The translations under genes were made by a program, and so were the position numbers. This document shows, piece by piece, positions 9,661-21,331 of a DNA stretch of 26,481 nt. Below the pieces are notes generated by a model. That model saw only the letters and a list, made by a program, of their open reading frames with translations, was not told the DNA's origin and made no database searches. The stretch covers positions 1-26,481 of the forward strand of contig NW_021834752.1 of NCBI RefSeq assembly GCF_006345805.1, in the 5' to 3' direction. Source of the DNA: Octopus sinensis (lineage: Eukaryota). How positions within the stretch are numbered: the first letter of the stretch is position 1; the number at the start of each line of letters is the position of its first letter.

Positions 9661-10215
9661 ACATTCATAAACCGATCCTTCAGAGTGTATGCATGTATAT
9701 ATGTATGTATGAATGTATGTATAATAACTCAATTTCATCCATATATACATGCGCACTTACATATTTACACATACACATTTTCTCACATATATCTTCAACA
9801 TCAATTACACACACATTCACAAACACACACACACATACACACACACAGCGGGTGATGTATCATATTGCAAATAAGCAAACAGATTTATCACTGACAGTGA
9901 CATTATTTTTCGAAATTTCGCTTCAGCTCGCCATCACACCCTCTTTCATTTTATAGGGTGTGATCTTTGTACAGACTAGCAAATCTTTCCGACGACATTG
10001 CCAAAATATGACTTATCGTTAAGCCTTACTTTAAAGCAGATATCTTAGTCTTATATCTGTCACTTGGTCTTTTCTGTTTTATTTGGATTTGTCCGCCATG
10101 TTTTTTCTTTTGTTTTATTTCCTAATCTCTAGTTTTCAAGTCAATTGTAATTAGGGAAATGCGTCTACGCGTGTATAAGTGTGTGCATGTATATGGATAT
10201 ATACTAATACATATA

Positions 10216-10320
10216 TCATCGTCTTTTAACGTCTGTTCGCCATGCTGGCATGGATTAGACGATTTGAAAGAAGCTGGTCAATTGAAGAGCTGTCCACGCT
10301 CCATGCCTGTCTTGCATGAT
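10216..10320 (-). mobile_element. RTE-type LINE or SINE 3' tail fragment
   Basis: The reverse complement ...GTCTAATCCATGCCAGCATGGCGAACAGACGTTAAAAGACGATGA resembles the CCATGCCAGCATGGAAAACGGACGTTAAA(CGATGA)n tail type, from recall and not verified. Confidence 0.6.
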
Positions 10321-10712
10321 TGCTAGGTTGCATGCTATTCCTAAAAATATATATATATGTATATATATATTATATATATATATATATACAGAGAGAGGGG
10401 GAGAGAGAGAGAGAGAATTAAGAGATAGAACCTTCATAAAGTAATTCAATTAATACTGAAAGATATATAAATTTAAATATATTATTATTAACGATGTACT
10501 AAAAAAATTTTACGCATTAAAACGACAACGTGCGTTTCGTGACTTTGTATACGAATCTACAATATCAAAATCGAAAATTAAAAATTAATATTTCTTCAGG
10601 TCTCAATACCATGAAATAAATTTTAGTAATACACGCGATCCCGAGAGTAGTGGATAGCGTGCTGTGACCAGCGGTTTGTCAAATGGACGCCCGACGGACT
10701 AGTCGGTCAAGG

Positions 10713-10718
10713 TGATAT

Positions 10719-10780
<62 letters not shown>

Positions 10781-11178
10781 TATGTATCTATATATATATA
10801 CACGTCGCACTTACGTACACATACATTATGTATATATATGTATACATATTATACATTTATCATACATGTGTGTGTATGTGTATTTGCATTCCTTTTGGTA
10901 TTTTTCCGATAAGGTGGTGTGTGACAATGGAAAATGGTTCCATCAATGAAATTCGAATAACAACAGCGATATTTGTTATATATTGAAATTTAAGGAAGTC
11001 TTACATATTATACATTTTTACAGTTCCACTTCCAGATACAATCTTTAAAGTTCGTGTTTGCTGGGGTCTATCTTTCCCAGCCACTAACTTTAACGTGTTG
11101 CATAAGATAATTAGCAGAAAACCGACTTACTCATATACCATTCGACAGCTATCATGTATATGTGTATGTATATATATA

Positions 11179-11245
<67 letters not shown>

Positions 11246-11365
11246 CATATATATACACACATATCTGTACACACACGCGCGCATACACATAGATAGATAG
11301 ATAAACAGACAGACAGACAGATAGACAGATAAATAAATAGATAGATAGATAGATAGATAGATAGA

Positions 11366-11416
<51 letters not shown>

Positions 11417-11419
11417 GAC

Positions 11420-11469
<50 letters not shown>

Positions 11470-11480
11470 ACACACACACA
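10713..11480. repeat. (TA)n, (TAGA/CAGA)n, (TG)n and (CA)n arrays flanking a short unique island at about 10900-11155
   Basis: Directly visible. Confidence 0.92.
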
Positions 11481-11482
11481 CA

Positions 11483-13940
11483 GAAGGAGAGAGAAAGTGA
11501 GAGAGTGTTTCGGCAGTATGAACGAAGATGATGAGTCAATTACAAGAAATGAATCCTCCTTGACCGTCCATAAAGGAAGTGACTATAGTTTGGCTACATG
11601 TACCAATACAATTTCTAAATTGTCTCTCAGAACTCGCAGATGTAAACGAAATCTTCGTAGAGAAGCAAAAGAGGCTTTACTAACATTGAACAATAACAAC
11701 TCAATCATCTTAAAGGAAGCTCTAAAAGATGGCGGCCATAGTCATTATGAGCTGAGACTGGGATGAAAACTAAATATCAGATCAGCTGATAGACGAATAT
11801 TACTCTAAGAAAGAATTAAGAAAACGCAGAAAAAAACAATCATGAACAAAATTTCTTTACACAATTCTAAAATTAGAGCAATTGATAAGGATTGTCCAAG
11901 AACCATAAAAGCTCGGAGAGTTCGGGAGATATAAACGAACAGAAGAACCAGTAGATGAAAACCTTAGGACCAACTGATCTCAAACTGAGCCTGATTCTTG
12001 CAGGACTACAATTTCCAACAGAACGGCCTAAGCCTTGATGCATTCCACCTATTAATACCCAACTGTGGAGGCGCAATGCCCCAGTGGTTAGGTCAGCGGA
12101 CTCGCGGTCGTAGGATCACGGTTTCGATTCCCAGACCGGGCGTTGTAAATGTTTATTGAGCGAAAACGCCTAAAGCTCCACGAGGCTCCGGCAGGGATGG
12201 TGGTGATCCCTGCTGTACTCTTTCACCACAACTTTCTCTCACTCTTACTTCCTATTTCTGTTGTACCTGTATTTCAAAGGGCCGGCCTTGTCACTCTCTG
12301 TGTCACGCTGAATATCCCCGAGAACTACGTTAAGGGTACACGTGTCTGTGGAGTGCTCAGCCACTTACACGTTAATTTCACGAGCAGGCTGTTCCGTTGA
12401 TCGGATCAACCGGAACCCTCGTCGTCGTAACCGACGGAGTGCTTCCATCCAATACCCAACTATATTCGAGATGGTTTGGATTTTCTCAAATACATCCCAT
12501 TTACTGCTCCAGAATGAACTATACTAACAAACTTTGGTGCTAGTAACATTTATACCAGCATACAACACACTGTAGGTCTGGAAGCAATCACACACTGGGT
12601 AGAAGGTATAGAGAGATAAAAATCGAACGTTTTAAAATGAACTTCATCAAAGTTATACGCTCAGTACTGGAAGAGTATATGTTCAAATTAGATTGTGAAA
12701 TAGATGGACTAATAAACTGCACAGCTCCGGGAACAAAGTATACACTATTCTATGCTAATCTTAAGATGGGTTTCTTACAAAAAGTATTATGCCAGGAAGT
12801 AGAGAAAACTTTTTACTTAAATTTTAAAATGTGTTTGAAAATTGGATGAAAGCATTCTTCGATGAATGAATTACTTTGGGGGTAAAAATCAAAAGATGAG
12901 CTACAAATGTTCAACAATTTGTACATCCTGCGGTCATTTATTAAATTTGCAACAGAAACTAGAGATGGTGATCTACCTTCCTTAGACATACACGTGAAAT
13001 TATGTAATTGAATATTTTCACAAAACAAACACTTAACATCTGTCTACACACACCAAACAGAACGTTTTAGATATATGGTAAGATGTAATTGTGCAATAGT
13101 AGTTGACTTTAAATTAATGGTTTGAAAGGCTTCCTGAATTATCACTTCGATTGATAAAACAATGTGGTTACAAAAACAATGAAACTAGACATTATACAAC
13201 TGAAGACGCCTAGGAAAATTGTTAAGGAAAATACTATTCCGTTGACCAATGAATGTGGTCCAGGAGTGACCAATATATTCAACGTTATGAAATATTTACA
13301 ATACTTTTTCAATGCCCCTGGTTGAAGAAAATCTCATAAGGAACAGCAAATGTCAATCAAAACATCTTTAAAAGCAGTTCACTAGAGCAAAATTCCCATC
13401 AGAGGATAATTCTGGATTCTCCGTGAAAGAGAATCGATGTGGAATATGCAGTAACAGCAAATGTTTCCAATATTCCATTACTAGTCCTCATATGAAATTT
13501 AGAAGTTAATTCTCCTTCCAAGTCTAATACATCGCATAAATTGTCCCAATTGCAAAGAGGATTATAATGACGAGACAGAAAACTCCCTTTGCCAACGTGC
13601 AAGAATTCATAGACAATATATCAAACGAATGGAATTTACATAAGGTCCCACTGAGAAAACATCTCGAAATACGCGGAAACAGCAGATTCAAGATTTTTTC
13701 CTTATGAAAATGCCCAAAGGATGATCCGGAATACCGGAAGGAAATGAAAATACATTTTTAAAAAAATATGTCGCCATATTAAACGTGTATAAAGTAATTT
13801 TATAAAAATATGAGAAATTTTTATTGAAAAAATTACTTTTCCAGATGAACCAAACGAAATAATCATTTGATATTATTTCTAATGATATTCTAATTACTAT
13901 TACTAAAATTACCGAGAAAATTAACACTCGAACACTCAAC
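11483..13940 (+). mobile_element. Decayed Penelope-like retroelement (RT plus GIY-YIG), interrupted by a SINE
   Basis: Motifs appear in the expected order across stops and frameshifts: NLRREAKEALLTLNNNNSIILKEALKDGG (NLT..E..AL..L......KxADKGG); DLKLSLILAGLQFPTE near 11976 (LRPIVAGP); IPNYIRDGLDFLK..TILTNFGASNIYTSI near 12455-12560 (FDVxSLYTNI); CTAPGTK..YANLKMG near 12718 (GTAMG); FFDE near 12856 (FLDD); IKFATE..DLPSLDI; FTRAKF..RCGIC; and CPNCKEDYNDETENSLCQRARIHRQ near 13542 (YIGET..L.QR..xHR). Confidence 0.92.
12065..12450 (+). mobile_element. SINE type B (tRNA-derived, possibly tRNA-Arg/OR-type), full length with 11-bp TSD
   Basis: Box-A-like TGCCCCAGTGGT and box-B-like GGTTTCGATTCCC. TSD AATACCCAACT at 12054-12064 and 12451-12461. 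Confidence 0.92.
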
Positions 13941-13945
13941 ACATA

Positions 13946-14090
13946 TTCTCTCTCTCTCTCTCTCTCACATACACACACACACACACACACACATACACAC
14001 ACACACACTCTTTCTCTCTCTCTCTCACACACACACACATTCAAACACAGTTTGAAATACAGACCCCATACACACACACACACATGTTCA
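13946..14090. repeat. Alternating (TC)n/(CA)n arrays
   Basis: Directly visible. Confidence 0.95.
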
Positions 14091-14494
14091 CTCACGCATA
14101 TTTAAAAGTCTTCCTAAACATTTTACTGAATGGTTTAACAACCTAGCAGCTGACCAAACATCCAATCAGTGACTAAAAGCATCAATGAGTTGCAGTTTAT
14201 AAAGGTTTGATTTCTTTTCACCTATCGTCAACTCAATCATCTCCGAAAACACTTCTTTAATTTTTGTTTCCTCAAATTTTTTTCTTCTTTCTCCTACCAA
14301 GCCTCAAAAAGATCATAGTATATGCTTTGTCATAAAAAAAAATCACAACCCACATACATAGAAATAAAAAAATGACAAAGAACATCTCAGACGACCACTT
14401 CGCAACAACCTTCAACCAAAAACCAAGAAAAGTTGTATTATCTCATGTTTATATAAAACGAAGGAATTTTTAAGAACTTACGACCTCCTTCTTG

Positions 14495-14660
14495 ACGAGG
14501 CTGTGTGGTAAGAAGTTTGCTTCCCAATCACATGGTTCCGAGTTCAGTCCCACTGCGTGGCACCTTGGGCGTCTTCTACTATAGCCTCGGGCTAACCAAA
14601 GCCTTGTAAGCGGAATTGATTAGACGAAAATTGAAAGAAGCCCGTCGTATATGTGTGTGT

Positions 14661-14705
<45 letters not shown>

Positions 14706-14918
14706 TGTGCGTGAGTACCATTGTGTCTGTGTTTGTTCCCATCCGGCCACCTCGTTCGTTTGTTTACGTCACTGTGACTTAGGGGTTCGGCAAATTAGAC
14801 CGATAGAATAAATACCAGGCTTTAAACAGTACTGGGGTCGATTCGTTCGACTACAATCTCTTCAAGGCGGTGCCCCAGCTGGGTCTCAATCTAATGACTG
14901 AAATATATAAAAGATAAA
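14495..14918 (+). mobile_element. SINE type A, near full length, with an internal (TG)n expansion
   Basis: Collinear with the reverse complement of 6427-6832; (TG)n at about 14652-14700. Confidence 0.88.
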
Positions 14919-15529
14919 ATATATAAAGGCTGTATACCACTACAAATAATCTATATATATATATGTGAATATGTATATATTTTTAGCTATATATGTATGT
15001 ATTTTATATTTGTATGTACATATGTATGTATCCTGAATGTTTAAAATGTTTACTTCGCAATCACAGTCGGTGTTGACCCGAGCCCGATGAGTGGAATTTG
15101 GTCAATGTAGTTCAAATAGGAAGCTGCTGAGCTGCCACATCCTGCAGGCCCAAGATGAACCTGAGTCTGAAGTAAAAGCAGCGTCTATATCATGGCCTCC
15201 ATCAATTTGTGTCCCATTTTACCTTTACAGACGTGCAATTTTGCTTTCACAATTTATTCACTTATATCTAAGTAGTCGTTAGGATTAATCAAGCTTTATA
15301 TGTGGTCGATTGTATGGTCAGATATAGCGCACAGAGCACATCTTATAATGTTAATAGTGGAAAAGGAGTCATTGGATCCAGTATATTCCCATATATGGTG
15401 CTTGGGAATATTCTGAAAGTATGCTGGCTTGATCGTTTCGCTCATTGTCTCTCTCTCACCTGAAATGGCCCGCAATTAACAGCAATAGCAACAACAGTAA
15501 CAGCAATATTACGATTAAAATCTCTTGTC

Positions 15530-15612
15530 TACGAGTTGCTATCAGAAAGTTCCCGGACTGGTTCTGTAGCACGCCAACAGATGGCAGCACACGGTTGCGT
15601 GCACAGTGAGAG
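15530..15612. mobile_element. Tc1/mariner-like terminal fragment (one TIR plus subterminal sequence)
   Basis: TA followed by CGAGTTGCTATCAGAAAGTTCCCGGACT resembles mariner TIRs (TA-CGAGG...TCA.AAAGTT.CCG.A.T). No clear partner TIR; it is truncated at a (TA) run. Confidence 0.55.
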
Positions 15613-17184
15613 CATATATATATAAATATATCGGGGCCTTCACAAGAAAGAGCCCGAACGTCTATTGACCCCTATATGTAACTTCACATTTGCTGTAAAT
15701 ATGGTCCTCATGACGAAAGCATCAGCTATGTGACTGGGTGAAAGTCGCCTCGCAATCACATTGCTCTTGTTTCGATTCTGCTGTGAAGCAGAAAGTAAAA
15801 TAAACATTTTTTTTCTCTAACATGACTTTCACTCGCTCAAACTTTATGTGTTTTTGGGTGAAAGGTGAAAGGTGAAACTTGTTATTGAGTGTCTGACCTT
15901 TACCGTCACGTGGTTTCATACCTTTCTTTGACAACCTTTAGCGAGGCCCACTCTGTTGTGAAAATTCAGATCAAGCCTCGAGTCATAGGATAAATCGATA
16001 TCTTGAACTGTTGCCCCCTACTGAAGCAACCAATGAACTATCGAATCCTCAAATCTCTTCTACCAATGTTTGAGGTACCGACACGGCCCTTTTCACTCTC
16101 GTATTACACTAATTAAAACACTGAAATAGGTCCACACAGATACAAGTATTTCTTCTCCGTTTGTAAGTTTGTTGAGAGAAGAGGAGGCTGTGGCCAGGAT
16201 CTTTGAAGTAAGCTTCCCATCCAAGAGTGGTGAAACTGGGACCTCAAGTACAAAATCTGGGTGAGCGATTTTAGGACAATGTATATGGAACGGAAACCGG
16301 AAGCGAGGATACATTCTCATTGCTAGAAGGATGCAAGGACCGGAGGAGGGCGTCGAACAGTATGATCGGATCATGATTCAATCCAAACCACAGAGACGAT
16401 GTGGATGGGTTAAACTTTGTGAGGTACCAAACCAAACGTTTAACTGAAAGTACCCAATGATTAATTGGTTGTGGTGTTAATCTAGGAAGAGTGATAATCT
16501 AGGTGTATCTCTCGTCCTCTACAGAATGGTCTATTATACCTGTCATCCAGTTATTGGTATACAAGTTTATTTGGTAGTGTTGAGCACAGTGGAATTATTG
16601 GACTATCACTTAACTACTGCTACACAAGAACTAGAAGGGGATGCTACCCGTAACAAATTTCGACGACAACCTATGTACAAACACATTGTGATAATTGTGT
16701 TCGGCACGAGCTGCGTTTGGACTGCCATCCGACGAAATATACCGAACATAGAGGTTTTGCTGTTAAAAAGAGAAGCATCTCACAAAGGGCATTATGAAAA
16801 AAACACGTGACTGAAGTGAAATTATTCCAGCTAAGAATTGAAATCGAAATACGGTCTTTCAAGGCCAGAAATTCTTCGTCCCTTGGTTGCGCCTTTCAAC
16901 AGTTTCTATTGGTCTCTTGGTCTAATGCCAAGTTTAATAAAAATAAAGAATTATTATTATCATAATTACAATTGCTTGGAAAATTTTGGATATGCATGAA
17001 ATTATTTCTCATGTAAGAATCATAAGGTGCACAGCTCTTTAGGGAATGAATTTAGTCCTGACGGAGGGGTAGCAATAAAGGAAAGGAATCGATGTGGCAT
17101 CGCTGGTTGTAGAATTTTGTAGGTTACGGCGGTCAGGGCTGCTTCCTATCCCATTCAAATACTCAAATTCATAATAATAATAAT

Positions 17185-17243
<59 letters not shown>

Positions 17244-17697
17244 ATATATATTCAAATAATAATGTGTACATATCAAAACGTATGCATATACTAATATATA
17301 AATATACTCACGTGTATGTATTCATATATATATATATATATCATTGGGACATGTTGTAGTGTCCTCTAGGTAGTTGGCAACTTATATCACAACTTGGGAT
17401 TCTTCACATAATACTTATTTCACCCACCCACCCACCGCTGCACCATCGCATTCGTCCAACCCTCGGTCCTTTAACAACACAAATAGCATAAGCAAAGAGA
17501 AAAACTAATAAATAACTTAATAAGCAATTAGTGAGCCGTTCTCACCTGACAGGGGAATTGTTAAATATCTGACCTTTAATGGGGGACTAACCGAAAATAT
17601 TAAAACAAAAATTGAAATGGGAAATAGTTATGAACGAATATGGCGTACCAGTGACGCCACCAAATGCGACGATGAAGAATTAAATTCCCTTATCAAT

Positions 17698-17706
17698 GGT
17701 AGCAGC

Positions 17707-17752
<46 letters not shown>

Positions 17753-17851
17753 TAGTAGTAGTAGTAGTGGTGGTGGTGGTGGTGCCTGCATTTTTTCCTT
17801 ATACATTTTATCTTCTTCGTTCATCCTTGTTTGCTTACTGTTACTATGTTG

Positions 17852-17903
<52 letters not shown>

Positions 17904-18106
17904 TGTGTAATGCGTTAGCCCAACCACTCATCCACCAACAGAGCCACCTCCACCACCACCACCAACACTGCCAACACGAATGAGTTATTAAAACGTTCTC
18001 ACTTTCTCTCTCTCTCTCTCTCTCTCTTTCTTTCTCTCTCTCTCTCTCCCTCTCATACACACAACGTGAAAGGTCAAACGATATCTGAGGTTCGTTCCAA
18101 ACCTAT

Positions 18107-18139
<33 letters not shown>

Positions 18140-18209
18140 TTCATCGTCATCATCATCATCATTATTATTATTATTATTATTATCATTATTATTATTCTTC
18201 TTCTTCTTC

Positions 18210-18255
<46 letters not shown>

Positions 18256-18335
18256 GTCTTTCTGCTTCTGTTGCACTAGCAACTCCCCTATCTATTTATC
18301 TACACACACAACACACACACACACACACACACACG
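17698..18335. repeat. Trinucleotide and dinucleotide arrays: (AGC)(AGT)n(GGT) 17698-17783, (TA)n, (TC)n, (ATC)(ATT)(TTC)(ATT) 18107-18253, (CA)n
   Basis: Directly visible. Confidence 0.93.
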
Positions 18336-18829
18336 CACCCCACTCCGCCACACTCCGCCCCACTAATGGCCATGTATGTCCTCCTCTCTCTTTATAAGTG
18401 GGTCCCTTAACAACCGAGATAACAAAGCAAAAGAGTACAATAAATAAATAAAAGCAACCATGTCCGACCTTGGTCTGATGAATTCTATTCTTTGGAGAAA
18501 TAAATATAAAAACACACATTGCCACTGAGATGTGACTTTCAGGGAACATTGGTGTCTGAGAGTTCCCTAAACTATAAACCGTTCCAAAAATGACCAATTT
18601 TCCTCCAAATTCATTAAAAATAGAAACTTAAGGAATAACAACCACAACAACAACATGTTGCTAAAATTTACCGTAAATTTGCCATTTTAGCTTTTAAGTA
18701 TTAGCTCCGCCCCCTTGAGGAACATGTGACTGAAATTGACGAAATATGAATATCGAAGCAATATCGGTAAAAAATAAAGAAAATCCTGTAATACGATTGG
18801 TTGCATTGAAGTGTCACCATGAAACTCGG

Positions 18830-18842
18830 GTATGTATATGTG

Positions 18843-18921
<79 letters not shown>

Positions 18922-18942
18922 ATATATATATATATAGATATA

Positions 18943-18993
<51 letters not shown>

Positions 18994-19104
18994 AGACATA
19001 TATATATATATACATATACATATGTATATATATATATATATATACATATATATATGATATATACATACGCATATATACATATGTATATACACACATTTTT
19101 ATAC

Positions 19105-19153
<49 letters not shown>

Positions 19154-19250
19154 TATGTATATACGTGTGTTTCGGTACATATGTTACACGCATATACGTA
19201 TATGTGCATACGTGTGTGTGTACATACGTGTGTGTGTGTGTGTGTGTGTA
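18830..19250. repeat. Long interrupted (TA)n/(TATG)n/(TG)n array
   Basis: Directly visible. Confidence 0.95.
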
Positions 19251-19994
19251 ATACACCTATGTTTATATATGGTGTATATTATACCGATCAATGTGGTCAA
19301 TATTTGTATAAAACTTGAAATATATTTGCTATTACATCTCCATACGCATACAATATTTGAATATGTTTTGTAATATATAATTTATTACATATTTATATAT
19401 CTAGTGGAACACATCAATATATGTTGTTATATATATAATATTAGCATACATCTACATATATATATATTTGATATTTAGATAAATTTTGTATATCAAATTT
19501 CTATAATATATTCTCATCTACATATTTGGGCAATATTCGCATCTATTTCTTCATATGTACATATACTATATTTACATATTCGAACAATATTTGTGAAATA
19601 TTATTTAATGTTACTAATCAGGAATTAACAAATTTTAAATAAAAAATGAAGCAATTCCGACTCTTTCCGCTTTTCCCTTTGCAACATGGTAGTAACTCAC
19701 TAAATATTAGCACAAATAATTGCCAAACCTATTCCCCGACACAAGTCATGAAACAAAACAGCTTCGCCCATCGAATAAATGGGTCCCAGATCAAAGACAA
19801 AGATTATCCCCATGGTATTGGAACTCATAACGTGCACAAAGGAAGCAAAATACTACAAATTATTTAGTCGGTCCTTTTACTATTCCTGCCTCCATTTCAT
19901 TATAATGTTTGTTTGTTTGTCTGTTTGTGTTTGTTTGCTTGTGAGTATCAAGTTTTTATTTTTTTATTTTTAGTTTTTACTATTAATAATAAAG

Positions 19995-20160
19995 GAGTCT
20001 TGCGCAGTGGTCGATCGACAAAGAAAAGTATGCTTTGTATTTAGACACCATGTGTTCAACTCCTTGTAGGTTTTGACATCGCATTTTACAGCCGTCCGAG
20101 AGTCGCTAAAATAAAATACACTTCAAGTACTGATGGGGATTGAATCGATTGTTCCCCTTT
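19995..20160 (+). mobile_element. Very old SINE copy (tRNA-like head plus type C-like body)
   Basis: GCGCAGTGGT, box-B-like GTTCAACTCC, then GAGTCGCTAAAATAAAATAC..AAGTACTG.TGGGGATTGAATCGA, similar to the type C 3' half. Confidence 0.5.
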
Positions 20161-20252
20161 CCAATATATAGATACCAATACTAAAATCAGGTGGTTCAAT
20201 AGAATCGATAGAGAAAACAGAGAAAAATGCTTTGTATTATGTAGTCGCTATG

Positions 20253-20465
20253 TTATGTCGGCGTGCTGACAGAACCGTTAGCCCTCCCGGACAAGTTACT
20301 TACCAGTATTTCGTTCGTCTTACGACCTGAATGCTCATTTCACAGAGGGTGACTTCACCTTTCTTCTTGTCGGGTTCGATAAAATTAGTAGCAGTCGTGC
20401 ACTGGGGTGTGAGATGTAATTGACTAATTCCCCCAAAATTACAGGCCTTGTACCTTTGGTAGAAA
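20253..20465 (+). mobile_element. SINE type C, diverged, with a perfect 19-bp TSD
   Basis: Collinear with 21436-21649. GTATTATGTAGTCGCTATG occurs at 20234-20252 and 20466-20484. Confidence 0.85.
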
Positions 20466-20792
20466 GTATTATGTAGTCGCTATGCGTTTTTGTGTTCAAA
20501 TGCAACTCGGGCTCCTTTATAATTTTTTTTATCCTGCTGGGCTTGATAAATCTAAACCAGAAGTGTAATGATGTCCCTTTAATTGCTAATGCTGTGAAGG
20601 CAGAAATTTCTTAATTCCATCCAAGGATCGAGGAAGAAACCCGAAATATTTTTGTCCTCAAACCAAATCCCAAAGATCTAAGCCTTTTAACAGAAGTCAC
20701 AAACTGAAGGAGACATTTTTGTTTTACTTCAATTATTTTGTTTGTACCTCACAGCTCCAAATGACTGGGAGGTCATGCTTCAAAAAAATGCC

Positions 20793-21049
20793 AACGTGTG
20801 AGTGGTTGAGCACTCCACAGACACCCATACCCTCAACACAGTTCTCAGGGAGATTCAATGTGAGACAGAATGGAACAAGGCTGACCCTATGAACAACATT
20901 TTCGCCAACTGAGTGGAGAGGAGCGACATCAAATAAAGTGTCTTGCTTAAGGACACAATGCTACGCCGGGAATCGAACTGACGATCGTGAGCAGAATATC
21001 CACCCCCACCCCACCCCATCCCACCCGGACCGCTAAACCACTCGCCTCG
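20793..21049 (-). mobile_element. CORE-type tRNA SINE sharing its 3' module with SINE type B
   Basis: Minus strand has box-A-like TGGTTTAGCGG, box-B GTTCGATTCC and CORE-like GTGTCCTTAAGCAAGACACTTTAT. It then matches 12276-12373 (..GGGTCAGCCTTGT..TGAAT.TCCC.GAGAACT..GT.TCTGTGGAGTGCTCA.CCACT.ACACGTT). Confidence 0.8.
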
Positions 21050-21145
21050 ATTGGTCAAGAAATTCTGTTAAGGAATACCTTTAAATTTCTTTGAAATTCT
21101 TTAAAGGGTCAGCGCACCTGCGTCATAAATGTAGATATTACAACT

Positions 21146-21331
21146 AAGGAAATGCGAGCAATTCCGAGGGAGGGGGTAAGTCAATCACATGGACCCCCAG
21201 TATTCAACCCTCATTTATATTATCGACACCGAAAGGATGAAAAGCAAAAGTCGACCCCGGCGAAATTTGAACTCAGAACGTAAAGACAAATGAAATGCCG
21301 GCTCGATAACGTTTCTGACAGCCCACCTTAA
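21146..21331 (-). mobile_element. SINE type C, minus-strand copy
   Basis: The reverse complement matches 21436-21649 (GTCTTTACGTTCTGAGTTCAAATT.CGCC..GGT.GACTTT.GC.TTTCATCCTTTCGG.GTCGATAA). Confidence 0.85.

Noticed and set aside
10681-10712. GACGGACTAGTCGGTC near-palindrome with CTAG, a possible Helitron end
   Set aside because: The CTAG lies inside the palindrome rather than downstream of a hairpin, and no matching TC end was found.
12065-12140. tRNA-like sequence (also at 14495, 6760-6832, 20970-21049, 24175)
   Set aside because: These are SINE heads with box A/B followed by SINE bodies; no complete cloverleaf with a paired acceptor stem.
16080-16105. CTCTCGTA as a possible right TIR for the mariner end at 15530
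   Set aside because: Only the outer few bases match and the interior does not look like one element.
16526-16810. 94-aa ORF and surrounding possible LINE relic
   Set aside because: No recognisable domain; only a faint LYL...VE...IGL resemblance to R4-type RT in another frame, not enough to call.
18475-18500. CTGATGA...GAAA
   Set aside because: Stem II is only marginal and neither type I nor type III topology gives stems I and III.
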